From contig NMRA01000058.1 of the NCBI GenBank assembly GCA_002633005.1, positions 163,585 through 227,584 of the forward strand: DNA of 64,000 nucleotides, read 5' to 3'. Within the stretch, counting starts at the first letter, position 1. Every line of letters starts with the position of its first letter. The stretch comes from Phoronis australis. Its lineage: Eukaryota > Animalia > Phoronida. The notes under the pieces were generated by a model. The model saw only the letters and a list, made by a program, of their open reading frames with translations. It was not told where the DNA came from and searched no databases. This document shows, one piece after another, positions 1 to 12,849 of this stretch. The position numbers and the translations under genes are program-made.

Positions 1-958
1 TGAGCTTTTCGGATATTTTTGCCCAAATTCTATTTGTAATAGTTCTCAAAAATGTCGACAAATGTTGTCAAAATTTACCTGGCTTCTTCGAAGTTATGCA
101 AAAACCCATATGGCAAAACAGACAGAAAGTAACTCTTAATGTTGCCTCAGTATTTCATTGGTTATCAGTATCAAGAAAGTCTTGTGAAGCTTAATTAATA
201 CACTGGTTGACAAATGCATGGATAACGGTACCCAATTGACTTTGTGTTTCACATTCTGTTGCTAGATTCAAACCAAACTTTGATGTTCCACTTCTTGTAT
301 TAATTAAAGGCTGTACGTTTTTAAGATGGGACTGAGATGTGACATTTTTGATTAGAAACGTAGTAATGTTATGTAGATTAATAGGTAACAACTGCTTCCA
401 TTTTGGTATTTGAAATAAAAATTAATTAATTATTCTCATTGCTTCTAAGAAAGGTGACTCTTGACAAATGAGTTGTTGTTTTCAGAAAAAAATTTGTAAT
501 TATTTACCTGTCTGTCTGTGTGTGTGTACACAAGTATTAGAAATTCAGTAATGGAAGAAATCATAGGAACTACTTTTATGACTAAAAATCGCCTGCATTG
601 AATAAGTAACTATTATAGGCAAATATGGTTTTAAGGTAAAAACAAGTATGAAATAAATTTTTGATAAGCTGAGTACAAATTTTACTTTACAATACTTTTT
701 ACTTAGTGGAATTATTTAGTTGTTAATGTGATTAGATATTCTGCCAAAAAGCTTAATTTATCTTTGTTTTTCGTTGACAGTTGTAACTTTGTAAATGACA
801 CTATGGAAGCTTTGAATAAATATACTGCTACTAGTACGATATTGAAGAATGTGTTACTTTCTATCAGACACTGACTGGTTTTATTTCAAAATTCAGTGAT
901 ATGTTTCAGCTTAGATATCAGTCCATTAAGTGTTTGCCCTTTCTAATCATTGCTGTAG

Positions 959-1134
959 AATGAGGGTGCACGCTCCAGCCAAGCACAGAAGTTGATGTCT
1001 GACTTGCCCCGTCGAGGACGCCATGCCTACGAAAGCTTCCTGCGCTGTCTAGAGGAGACCAAGCAGGGGTTCTTGGCGGATGATATACGCCAAAAAGAGG
1101 CCCAAATCAGAGATGACCTGGCGGCCAAACAGAG
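959..1134 (+). CDS. Initiator caspase (caspase-2/9-like), internal exon encoding the C-terminal half of the CARD; upstream exon(s) lie outside the window
   Basis: tgtag|AAT...CAGAG|gtttgt. Translates NEGARSSQAQKLMSDLPRRGRHAYESFLRCLEETKQGFLADDIR, resembling the caspase-2 CARD ([25 protein letters not shown]). Ends in phase 2. Confidence 0.88.
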
Positions 1135-1382
1135 GTTTGTTACTTGTTGCACAGACGTGGCTTTTTAATGCAGATATGTAGACTGACTGAATGTATTTTA
1201 CAAGACTAATGATCATCATATTCTTGGTACTCAATAACCAAATTCTCCCTAACAAGACCCAGGTTCCTCAGAAAATACTAAAGGGTACACTCATTGGTAT
1301 TGTCCAATAAATTCAGTTAATGCACTTGACGTAAGCAATTCTGCCATCATCAATTTTAGTTAAGAAATAAATTGAAATTTTA

Positions 1383-2825
1383 AGTACTCGCCCCAATAAG
1401 AGCCCGTGCCCCTATAAGCACACCCCACGCGTTTTCAGACTTCCCTAAAATAAGCGCCCAGTCCATGAATGTGTACATGTGAAAAATGTTTCAAATACAG
1501 TTCTAAAATTCTACAGTAATATCTTCAATTTATCAATAAGAACAGACAATCCTGAAAAAAGTCATTTAACGTGGAATTTGTAGACCACGAGCCTTGCCTC
1601 TATGTCGGTATTTAGCCGTGACTACACTTCAAACGTCTACCATGCTTCAAAAAGAACGCAAAAGTTTTGATGATCTTACGAGGAATGTGTCCCATTATGG
1701 CCTGGCCTTTCAGAACAGACGCAGCATACTTGTCAAAGGGATTGTATGGTATCTTTCCCATACAGATCTTCTCTCTCAACAGGAATCCAAATTTCTTTGT
1801 ATGCGTAAAAACCGCGAATCGAAGACTGCTAAAAAATTGACCTTTGTTAAAACCACATGGCCAGGAAGTGTGCTCTTCATACATGTACCTGTCATCGAAG
1901 ACATCAGTCTTCGGGAACTATCTATTCATGAAAGGGGTAGCATGGCATCGGCAAGAAATGAATTTCAGCGCTAATTTCTGAAAGTTTCTAATACTGTAAA
2001 AAAAACATTCACGTTATTTTTAGGAGGAATTAATTATTGTTTTTAAAGTAAAAATAACCCACTGATAGTGAACACTTCCGCACTCTTACACCCCTCGAAT
2101 CTCTTGGAAAATAACTCGGACTGTCACGCATCCAGTCACCCGGCGAGTGACGACTCACCAAGACAATTCTTGAACGTTTTTTAGCAGATGAGATCAACAA
2201 GTGCTAGCAGCTAAGTAAAACACATTCTGCTTTGTTGCCTGTGTTAATTTACTTAGTTATAATTCATACCTATATCGTTACATCGCGTTTACTCCTGCAA
2301 ATGAACTCTGATGACACACGCGCTCGCTCACTCACACAATACGCAGATGAACTTGAAAACAAATGTCACGTGACAACAACGTGTGTTGTCTAGAGATTTT
2401 TTTTGTGTTGCGCAGTACGATCTATCGCAGATTTAGACTTAATATGCAGTTTATCCTGACTCCACAGGAACTTAAAAATCTTGGGGACGCTATTTTGAAA
2501 ATTTAAGGAGTACTTCAGGTAATTTGTTGAGTCGAAACTGCATTTTCATTCATGAATTCAAGTTGCTCTATTGACAATCGCGAGGCAGCGATTCATCAGT
2601 TGGCGAGTTTTCGCCCTGAGATTTCAGCACAATTTTCTGAAAAATCATCGTAATTTAACAACAAAGCTTTATAGCAATGCACTACAATTTTGTAGAAAGT
2701 CTGTCATAGGTCACAGAGCGTAAATTTGATGAATCCATTTGGGAGACCGGTTTCATCCGCCTTAGTGCCCCCCTCCTGAAATGAATTTTTTTAAGCGTCC
2801 CAGGCGCTTATTAGGGTGAATATGG
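1383..2825. mobile_element. Non-autonomous Tc1/mariner (Tc2-like) DNA transposon, family B copy 1 (caspase intron)
   Basis: Degenerate CCGTATT..TAATAAGCGCCC-type termini; body is the reverse-complement homolog of 54540-55865. Confidence 0.75.
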
Positions 2826-3002
2826 TAGTTGCTCTAAATGTGGATTTTGTAGACTGTACTTGTTTTAGTTGTTTACTGGGGAAATTCATTTATAATCCAA
2901 AAGCTCATTGAAAGTGTTCATGTCTGTACTCTGATGGTTTTGGAACATTAGAAGCCACATATCTCTTCCTTAAGTTTTGATTATTTTATTTTATTTTAAC
3001 AG

Positions 3003-3145
3003 CAGAGAGGCTGTGTTGAACAGGTGCAGTGATCAAAGAATGCCTCGTAAATTTGAGCCCATGGATATTGGTGGCCAGCGAACCATTATTGCTCATCCAA
3101 CCGATGATGTACGGTCTTCATTAGATGGAACCAGCATTGTGTTCA
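3003..3145 (+). CDS. Caspase exon (prodomain linker)
   Basis: Pyrimidine tract + aacag acceptor, gtatgt donor. Phases 2->1 keep the frame open (SREAVLNRCSDQRMPRKFEPMDIGGQRTIIAHPTDDVRSSLDGTSIVF). Confidence 0.72.
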
Positions 3146-3575
3146 GTATGTCTTAGAGAGTAATTTTTATCAAAATATTGTTCTTGCCTCTTACCAAAAC
3201 AACAAAATCCGAAGAAAAAATAATGCAAATTTGTCTTTGCTTTATGTAAGCTAATTATACCTTAATGACAGGCGTTTGTAACATCATTCAGTTTACATTC
3301 CATTGATCTGACTGTAATTAAACAAGTGTTTAGGCAATGCTTAGTTTCATGTGAAGCTATGTGTAAAAAGAAATGAAATTGCAACAGATTCTTGAACCCA
3401 TCATTGGTTGCTTAATTTCAGGCTACAACCAGTCTGACCTGCTGATGTTTAGGATTTATTTATTGGTTTATTTGGATGTTTTGTTCTGGGTGCATGGGTA
3501 CCAATGATGTATGCATTGTGCTTAAAAACGTCTTCTGTCATTTTATTTCAAAACATGAAATTCTCTGTTATTCAG

Positions 3576-3670
3576 GCACTCCCCAATCAGTTAATACATT
3601 AGTCATGCCTGAGCGAGCTTCTGACAGGTTGACTTTCAGTTTCTCATCTGAGGAAAATGACACATCTCAG
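3576..3670 (+). CDS. Caspase exon (prodomain linker)
   Basis: ttcag|GC...TCTCAG|gtaaat; phase 1->0; STPQSVNTLVMPERASDRLTFSFSSEENDTSQ, in frame with both neighbours. Confidence 0.75.
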
Positions 3671-5246
3671 GTAAATTATGATTTTTGCTTTCATTATTCA
3701 CGTAACTGCTTTGTTTTGATTATTAATTAAGCGTGATTAGTATTGTTAACAGGTAGACTGAGCATGGTTCAAATTTAACTTGAAATTATTTTGAGCATAA
3801 AAATAAGTATTTCATTACCTGTGTGAGTTGTCATTTTGCAATTTTTCCCCAAATCAATTTGTAGTTGTACATACAAAAATAATGTTGCCTGGCGTGCTCT
3901 TTGCAGTTATAAGGGTATTCGGTGTTCTCCACAACAAAAATTCCAAACTCATTAGTTGTAATCACTGTTCATTCCACAACAACATGGTCACTGTGTATTT
4001 ATATACGTTTTAAAAGTGTACACTGAACTGGTGTGACCTACTTTTTGACTTTCCTACCAATTTTTCACCTTAAGTCCTCCAAAGCATTTATGACAGACTC
4101 AGAAAATCAACCTAAAGGTTATAAGTTCCTTTAATAATAAAAATGCCAATTCTAGTATCAATTCTACTTATTAAATACTACTAATGATGTGACCTAGTAT
4201 TTAGGGACACCTGTTGTCCATTTGAATATGTTCTAATTCGCCATCAGATGTCAGACAAAATCAAAACCCTTTAAATTAAGCATATCAAATTGTTAATTTA
4301 TAGGTTTAAGTGCAAAATTTTAAAGTTAAAATAATATTGCTGTTTAGTCAATTATTAAGGTAAGGTACCTGACACCATAAAATTATGTTAAAAAAGGAAT
4401 TTCTTTAGATTTTTTAAGCAATAATTTACACTCAATTATTACAAAAATTGGGTCATATATATAGTAGGAATTATGCCAGTTACTTCACCCTCATTGTTGA
4501 TTCTGAGGGCAAAAGTGCCAAGCCAGCCAAAGTTTTAACTTGTAGCGGCAGTTTTCAAACTCGGGCACATTCTCCAAACTCATTCTCCAAACTCGAGGCT
4601 GCAAAATTTAAACTCATTGCTGCGCTGAGTCAAAACTGGTGGTGGAGAACACTGGTATTAGAAAACGTAAGAACTCAATCTGCATGTATGCTGTGATTAA
4701 GATCATGGAACTTTGGATGGAGTATTAGTGAATGTCCAAGCTCCTCACAACCTAGGACCAGACCTGCCATTTTTAATGGGCAAAAAATTCTTTTAATTCG
4801 AACTTGTTGTAGTTGATGACTCCAATGTATCCACCCTCATCTAAGGATCTTTTTAAATGAGTGGATTACCTGCACTTTGTTGACCCAGATCTAGAATGGG
4901 TTATATACCCGGGGGCTGTAGGCCTGTGCCTCAGTACATGGTTGGTTGTCTGTTCCTGATAAAGACAAATTCGTTAACTTTTCGAGAGACCCAATGTTTC
5001 TCTCTGGCTAGAGCTTGAGCATTGTCCCTGCCTACGGTATGCCTGTGAGTTTGTCCAACTTGGAGTGTTCCTTAATTCTTGTCCCCAGAGAGCGTTTAAC
5101 ATTAAGTTTCTCCTATGTAGGTGAGAGAGGGGTTGTCTTTGTAAGAGAGCTGGTTTACCACGCACGACTTCTTGTCGTTGGGAGTGCAAAATTTTACCCA
5201 TTCAACATCGTCACGAACTATGAAAAACCTGTTTTATCGCATGCCA

Positions 5247-7011
5247 TTTTTAGGCGCCCACATATTTATATGTGAACGCATTATGCCGTCATCTCCGTCC
5301 GTTCGGCATCCGCTACTCTATCTCCAAAACGCTTTGTTGTACGTTCATGAAATTTTGCACATATGTTCCTATCATGGATGGGAGGGCGTGAGCGAACTTT
5401 CGTACAGATCCGACTACCAGTGTGACCACTAGTGGCAATTTTAGTTTTTTACGCTTACCTCTATATCTTCAAAGGTCCTAAATATATTTTCATAAAATTT
5501 GGCGTATAGGCATCTATTGGTGGGATGACGCTATCCTCCCTGATGGATTCGACATAGTTTTCGCCACCTAGTGGCCATTTTTGCTGTTTCCGAGTTTTCT
5601 GTTTTTTGGCGTCCACCCCTCTATCAACCAAACCGCTCTAAAGATGATCTTGGAAATTGGCATGTGTGTTCTTATAATGAAGAAGACAGCTGACGATGAT
5701 TTTCCAACAATTTCAACTACTGTGGTGCCTCCTAGTAGCAGTTTTGTCTCAATTTGTGCCCATCGCTGTATCTCCTAAACTGTTGGCAGCATCTTTACTA
5801 AATTCTGCAAGCGTATTTATATGATGTTGACAAGGGATGACGACAACTTTCGGACAGATCTGACTACTGGTGTGCCCCCTAATGGCTATTTATGTTTTTA
5901 TGTTTACCTTTGTATCTTCAAAAGTCCTCAAGGTACTTTCATGAAATTCGAAATATAGGCACCTATTAGTGAGATGAAACTATCCTCCCATTTTTGGGTG
6001 GATTTGACGTAGTTTGCGCCACCTAGTGGCCATTTTTACTGCTTTTCTAGTCTGTTTTTTGGTGTCCACCCCTCTATCAACCAAACTGCACTAAGGATTA
6101 TTGTGAAAATTGGCATGTATGTTCTTACTATAAAGCTGAAGATGATTTACTAATGACTTCGACTACTGCAGCACCTCCTAGTGGCAGTTTTGTTTTTTTC
6201 GCACCCATTACTGTATCTCCTAAACAGTTTGCAGCATCTTTGCTAAATTTAGCAAGTGTATTTATATGATGTTAACAATGGATGACAACAACTTTCGAAT
6301 GGATCTGACAACCAGTGTGCTCCGTAGTGGCAATTTTCATTTTTTAGGCTTACCTCTGTATCTTCAAAGGTCCTCAACGGATTATCAGAAAGTTTAGAAT
6401 ACAGGCATTTATTGGTGAGATGATGCTATCCTCCCGCTTTGGGATGGAATCGAGGAACTTTTGCACCACCTAGTGGCCATTATTCCTGTTTTTGAGTCTT
6501 GTTTTTTGGCATCCACTCCTCGATCAACCAAACCATTCTGAAGATGACTTTGAAAATTGGTATATAGTATATATTCTCAGTCTGAAGAGGGCGGTTGACA
6601 ATAACGCATTTGACTATTGTAGCACCTCTTAGTGGCAGTTTTGTTTTGTTTTGTTTTGTGCCCATAGCTGCATCTCCTAAACTCACTACAGGATCTTTAT
6701 TAAATTTAGTTTATTGTATTTATATGAAGCTAACAAGAGATGACGACGTCTTTCAGGCGGATCCAATGAAGGCTGTGTCCCAAAGTGGCAATTTCATTAT
6801 TTTCCTTTGTTTCTCTGAAGTTCCTTGACATATTTTTATGAAATTTGCTAAATAGCTTTCTATTAAAGAAGCGATGACATGTACCCATTTTCAGATGGAT
6901 TGGATGTTTTTTCGCCCTCTTGTGGCTATTTTTATGAAACAAATAATCAACCCTAGAAGCACTCCGTTTGCGGTGCATTCGTGGGCGCATTTCAACGCTC
7001 CGCGTTGCTCT
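5247..7011 (+). mobile_element. Helentron-associated non-autonomous element (HINE/DINE-1-like), family A copy 1
   Basis: 5' T-run + GCGCCCACATA..TATGTG hairpin, GTCC-rich segment, about three internal ~450-bp repeats, 3' subterminal IR GTGGGCGCAT and terminal hairpin CAACGC-TCC-GCGTTG. Confidence 0.82.
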
Positions 7012-7521
7012 CAATAGTTGTGATGTGGACATTATCCTTCCAAAATCGTGGTTTGGTTTCCTCATCCTTGTTCTGCCAGTGCACAATACTGCTGTTTCAA
7101 ATATTATGACACAGCTGGGTGTCTCTTTAACTAAGGGGTTGGAGCCTGGTTGAAGTAAGCCAGGACGAAATGGCGAAGTGGATACTGTGAACAATATCTA
7201 ACTTGTGTTATTGTGCTGTGAAAGAAGAAAGGAAAGGTTCATCAAAATTGAAATGGGGTCATAGTGAGGCATAATAAATGTAGTTCACTTATTCATTTAC
7301 AAACTACTGAGCAAAGACAACTAAGTTGAAACTTGTGTGTCATCGTCAAGTGAAACAGTTTTACGGCATAGGAGTACCTGGTAATACACATCTCAGCTAG
7401 AAGACATGAATGAAAATCATTTTGTACTGTTGACTGGGACCAGTTTGATCAAATTGTTGAAGAATTCATGAGTGGTGAACTGTTTCAACCTTGCATTAAA
7501 CACAGATGTTCTATGCTGCAG

Positions 7522-7692
7522 GTTTATAAAATGGATAGCCGTCCTCGTGGGTACTGCCTCATCATAAATAATCGACTCTTCTCTGGGTTCCTCAAAGAGA
7601 GGCAGGGCACAGACATCGATCGAGATAACCTGTCCTACTTATTCAAACAGCTGGGTTACCTGGTAGATGAGAAAAATAACCTGACTGCCAAT
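7522..7692 (+). CDS. Caspase exon, start of p20 subunit
   Basis: tgcag|VYKMDSRPRGYCLIINNRLFSGFLKERQGTDIDRDNL...NLTAN|gtatgt; canonical caspase motif (PRG.CLIINN, R.GT..D). Confidence 0.95.
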
Positions 7693-8265
7693 GTATGTAT
7701 TGCGTGACTGAACATGCATGCTGGAGAAGTTTTCTTAACCCCATTTCAGACAGGAGTTTTATTCTTACCCAGCAGACTAGAAAATCAACTTGCTAAGCAC
7801 TAAGCTTAAAGTCTTACATAATGGAATGAAAGTGTTCAATGTACTGTGGGAGTTGAGCTAATTCATTCACTAAGTGTCTTATTTTGCATGTGAATTAAAA
7901 TGAGTTACTATTGGAATTTACCTGTCATTGCCATCGGCCATCACATAGTGAGAATTTACGATGGCAAGGAAATTACACAAGTTGGGTATTCGTTTCATGG
8001 TCTCATGAGGGAAAATTCACCATTGTTTGGACTTGGGTGTGAACTCCAGATTGGCATTCAAGCCCTAGCTCTGGTCTGCGGTGGGCTTAAAGTGCCCTAA
8101 ACCACAATTTACCTCGTTTTGATAAGGATGTGCTTAGTCAGCATTTTTGAACTTTGTTGCATATCACAACAGCATCGTGAATCTATAAACAAGAAAATAC
8201 GTTTACATGAACCACAAGTCTTTACTTAAATCAGCTGTAAACGTGTATTCCTTCCAAGAAGCATT

Positions 8266-8653
8266 TTTGATTTAGACCACTTACCTCCATAAAATTGTTG
8301 TCTACTGGATTGTTACTCAGATAAGAAGTGGTCTGTAGGTTTATAAAGAACTGACAGTTCCATTTTTTTCTAAAATCAATTGGTTTGTTTACACCATCCT
8401 GACCACCTCAAGGCTGTTTGAGGAAGACACCTGACTGCTTGTTACTATTTGAGACCCTGCTCATTGCATAAAATGGCATGCCGTGACAAGGCAACATGTA
8501 GAGCCTGATCTCCTGCAGTAATAACACGCCGTCACAAGTCAATGTATAGAGCCTGATCTCCAACAGTAATAAACTGTCAGTTCTTTTGAAGCCCTGATAT
8601 CATCTCTTTCATTAAAGAACAATTTTAGACCAATGTAAGTGGTCTAAATCAAA
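8266..8653. mobile_element. MITE-like element with 19-bp inverted ends and an internal ~49-bp tandem duplication
   Basis: TTTGATTTAGACCACTTAC (8266-8284) / GTAAGTGGTCTAAATCAAA (8635-8653). Confidence 0.55.
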
Positions 8654-8718
8654 GGTTGTTTTTTGTGATAGAAGGCTGATTTGTGGTCGCTTTATGTGTA
8701 GTTTCGGTGTGTTTATCC

Positions 8719-9125
8719 AGTGCCCACTTGCATGAAGCAGTCCCAATTAGGGACTCAACCAAGTTCCCTAAATCTTTTGCCTATTTGTGTCGTTTTGTAC
8801 TCACAGATGTAATATTTTTCTATCATTTTGTCTTTATTATGAGCTCCTCTTTGACTAATGGTATTTTCTGATAATATATCTAAAAACTGAGTCCTTAGTT
8901 AAGTCAAAATAATTAGGAACTAGGTGCGTTGCATAAAAAAATCCCTACTTATTTTCAGTAATATTGAGAATTTAACTTATATTTTCTTCTCAATTTGTAT
9001 CAAAGTAAAAAATTAACACAGCATAAGAAAGGGCAATCAGTGTTTTCACAAGCCCACAAATACACAATAGATTTAAGGAACTTGGTTGAGTCCCTATGTG
9101 GGACTGTTTCATGCAGCCGAGCACT
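8719..9125. mobile_element. Palindromic MITE (PIF/Harbinger-like)
   Basis: Long imperfect TIRs: TGCATGAAGCAGTCCCA..AGGGACTCAACCAAGTTCC / GGAACTTGGTTGAGTCCCT..TGGGACTGTTTCATGCA. Confidence 0.7.
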
Positions 9126-10345
9126 TCGCTACCTACCTTGTTTGTTCATCCAGGGCTACCTACCTTGTTCATTACGACCACTTAAAAGAAACAGATGTGT
9201 TGAATGTCATTTTCGTACATCACTACCCCTTTTGTAGAAACGACCGGTGTTGATTTCAAAACAGTATGCTTGTGACATGGGCACACATCATTTGGTCAAC
9301 TTTTGGTTTTATAAAGAGACATTTTTGGGAGATGATGATGACTACTTCGCCGAATCGAAATTTCCTCGGAAATTCGGTTCAGTGGACTTAAGAACTCAAA
9401 ACTGTTAATTAAGTGCAACGACTTAGGATAATTTGCTGTGAACTGCACAATCTTCTGAAAAACAGTGTATTAAAGAATTGGCAAAGAAGCTTGACCAACT
9501 GGTAGCGCAGAATTTCATGGCGCTCAAAGTTAATACACGTAATTAGTCCACAAATTTGACTAACTTGCAGAATAAAGGACTGAAAGCATTCTTTTCGCTT
9601 GGGTAACCAAATTAGTTTACTCAAGGAAGAGTGTAGCTTTTAATGAGAACAACTTTGTACAAGATTTTGTTTTGCTCACTTTTTCCCAGATTTTTACAAA
9701 ACTATTTATACAGCTTTTGCACCAAGGCTATGTTGTTTGCTGCGTTGCTAAAGCCACCACAAATACTGTAAAAGAAATGTTTCTCCTCTATTTGATCCCT
9801 CTTCAAAGAGGAAAAACAAGAATAACTTTTCATGCTGAAGAGTCTCTAATGCTGTGATTGGTTGTGGCCTATGCAATGCGTCTAAGTTCAATAAGTGCTC
9901 ATTACGTGACAGTATTTCATTAAAGTAGTGTCTGAAGTTCTTTTGGGCGTTAAATAGCAATAGATTTGTGGAGTTGTTTTGGATGTGAAAATGGTGGCTT
10001 TGAACACTTTGAGACACATGGCGTTTTGTTCAGTAGGCAATGAGTTACTTAGAGAAATTACCTTCTTGAGCTTCTGACCAGTTGTCTCAACTATGTGTGA
10101 TGTGTTGGACGTTGGCTTGTCTATACTGTGTGTGCCTTCGATGTCTGAAAGACTCTTGAATATAACGTTTGTGTTGGCAACAAATTAATTCTCCATGGTC
10201 TTGGTGTTTACTTAGTTCTCCATATTTTAATGCCTTGTCGATAACTTGAGGTTTTAGTTTAACCTCAGTCTTTGCTTCTGTTAAAATTCTATTTGCTGAT
10301 GTCCATCTGTTTTGATCATTTCATGTTATTCCGCTGTTGTTGCAG

Positions 10346-10565
10346 GCAATGAAACATATCCTGTATGAATTCTCTCGTCTGTCTGAGCACCGGTCTGTAG
10401 ACTCATGTGTGGTCATACTCCTCACACATGGTCTAGAGGGGCAAGTGTATGGCACAGACTGTACACTGCTCAGTCTCTCGGAGATCTTCTCAATGTTTGA
10501 CGGCCAACATTGTCTGGCACTGAAAGGCAAACCAAAGTTCTTTATTGTGCAAGCTTGCAGAGGAG
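10346..10565 (+). CDS. Caspase exon with catalytic His and Cys
   Basis: VVILLTHGLEG (catalytic H) ... LKGKPKFFIVQACRG (catalytic C); tgcag / gtagga boundaries. Confidence 0.97.
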
Positions 10566-11159
10566 GTAGGATCTCTTCTGCTGTATTTGATTTTGCCTTG
10601 TAGTCATGTCTTCAACAGGCTCACTTATAGGTGTCATGCAAGATAAGCATTAGGGGACAAGGTTAAGAAATTTCACTTTTCATTTGTTCATGGATCTTTA
10701 AAATACACAACTTATCTAGTACTATTCGGTGATTGATTAATTTATTTAGCAGCGACAATACAATACAACAAGATACAACATACCAAGAAAGATGTATATT
10801 CTGACAGACAAGAGTATGGTAGTAGATGATTATATTTTTAATTTTTGGTTATTAAAAACAAAAGTTATAGAATTGTGGTATCTGCTACTGAAATATTGAA
10901 ACTCCGTTTGAAATGGTGATTTCATGAGTGAAGTCAGATTCGATGAATTCCGGTAGTCAGTCATGTCAGGATGTTGATTCATATTCTAGCCTGTACATTG
11001 GCTTTGAAAGAAATTTTTGTATCACCTGATGTATTATTTTATGGTTGAGATGATGCAAATGTATTGCCAAAGTTAGTAATCCTATTGAATGGAAAAATCA
11101 TTTTTGTTAATTTCAAACAGTATTAAACTCAGAATAATTTTGTGTCATTTGTCTTTTAG

Positions 11160-11315
11160 AGCGTCAAGACTCTGGATTTGAAGTGCACGATGGACCAGGA
11201 GAAGTCTCATGGGAAAAAGCCATCGACTATCTTAAAACCCCTGTCAAAGATGAAACAGATGGACCTCGTCTCCCTTCTGGAGCCGACTTCCTCATTTCCT
11301 ATGCAACAATACCTG
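11160..11315 (+). CDS. Caspase exon, inter-subunit linker and start of p10
   Basis: tttag|ERQDSGFEVHDGPG...KDETDGPRLPSGADFLISYATIPG|gtattt. Confidence 0.94.
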
Positions 11316-12018
11316 GTATTTTTCTAAATAATTTTGAGTTCTTGATTCCCATGTTTACCGAAGAGGACTTCCATGTTCAATGCTGTAAAAGTTGTTTCCA
11401 AGCAAAATAAGCTCATACATTTCAAATGCGAGTAAGTCTTCATTTCTGCAACCAAGTGCTCGGACTAAAAAGCTTTTAAACCCGGAAAATCACAGACACT
11501 TTGTACCTAAAGAAAAACTACAGAATTTGCAATTTCAGATCTGTGGAAGTTATAGTGAACTCCATAAAAATCTTGGTTTTAAAAATGTGGACATTGATTA
11601 CAAATGTCAGCATTATCATTATGTTTCCGTGGTCATCAGGTATTTTTGAGACGTATAGTTTTATGAGTTGTCTATTAAGGTATTTAGAATTTTATCAGTT
11701 GCCTCCAGATTCGGCGTAACCTAGTTAGTGGCTTAAGCCAATCTACAAATTGTTGAATTCATCTGAACTAGTAAATTTTTTCTGGAAGTACATAGAAAAT
11801 GAAATAGTATAAAATTTAAGTATATTATAAAAATATAATTGTAAGGACCAGGGATTGGCGAAGTTCTTTCACTATGACAAAATAGTGGTACAACTGAACG
11901 AATGGAAAATATTGTAGATAAAATGATAATCTGTGGAATAAGGACAATAAAAAGTGTCACAAGAGATGTTGTAAAACAGTGTTTAGCGAGCTGGTGGATA
12001 CATTGATTTATTTTTCAG

Positions 12019-12128
12019 GATATGTCTCGTGGAGAAATTCTGCTCAAGGCAGCTGGTTCATCCAAGCACTAGTGGAGGTGTTTATCTCACAGGCTCCAAA
12101 GGAAGATGTCGTATCCATGCTGGTGGCT
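12019..12128 (+). CDS. Caspase exon, p10
   Basis: ttcag|[22 protein letters not shown]...VSMLVA|gtgagc. Confidence 0.95.
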
Positions 12129-12144
12129 GTGAGCAAACTCTTAT

Positions 12145-12580
12145 AACAGCTTATTATTTAAAATGACTTATTCTTATTAAAATGACATAGGCAAAAAATT
12201 GAATTTCGGACCTCAAAAGCGAGGCCCCCTATATTAATATAGGGGGCCTCGTCGAAAGGAGGTCGGAGAGCGGGGCCCCCTATATTAATATAGGGGGCCC
12301 CGCCGAAAGGAGGCCGGAGAGCGAGGCCCCTATATTAATATAGGGGGCCCCGCCGAAAGGAGGCCGGAGAGCGGGGCCCTCTATATTAATATAGGAGGCC
12401 CCGCCGAAAGGAGGCCGGAGAGCGGGGCCCCCTATATTAATATAGGGGGCCCCGCTCTCCGACCTCCTTTCGACAAGGCCCCCTATATTAATATAGGGGG
12501 CCTCGCTTTTGAGGTCCGAAATTCAATTTTTTGCCTATGTCATTTTAATAAGAATAAGTCATTTTAAATAATAAGCTGTT
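12145..12580. mobile_element. Fold-back element: ~150-bp near-perfect TIRs around a 51-bp-period array of GC-clamped palindromes
   Basis: Arms are reverse complements with one visible mismatch; six copies of the GGCCCCCTATATTAATATAGGGGGCC core; TTAT on both flanks. Confidence 0.85.
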
Positions 12581-12849
12581 TTATATTAATAAGAGCCAAT
12601 TCTGATATTAATTCAATTTACGCCAAAAATAATTCAACTTATTATTTTATTTGCCGATTTAGTTTAGTTTAGTGTTGAATTTAATATTGCGGTAAAATCT
12701 CACCAGTTTCGGACAAAAATGATTGCCAAAATTGCCCTTCTGTTTTCAAGGGCTTCTAACATTTAGTGAATGCCCAGTTTTCCGAAATATTATCTGATGG
12801 TGGCTATGTTACAGTATTTGAACAATTGAAGAGCATTAATTTGGCTTTG

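Noticed and set aside
1594-1974. 126-aa ORF and similar ORFs at 6730-7194, 58875-59252 and 54196-54561
   Set aside because: They lie within non-autonomous repeats, show no recognisable domain, and are not preserved in sister copies.
12220-12510. CRISPR-like array of palindromic repeats
   Set aside because: The spacers are near-identical 17-mers, there are no cas genes, the context is a eukaryotic intron, and the array lies inside TIRs.
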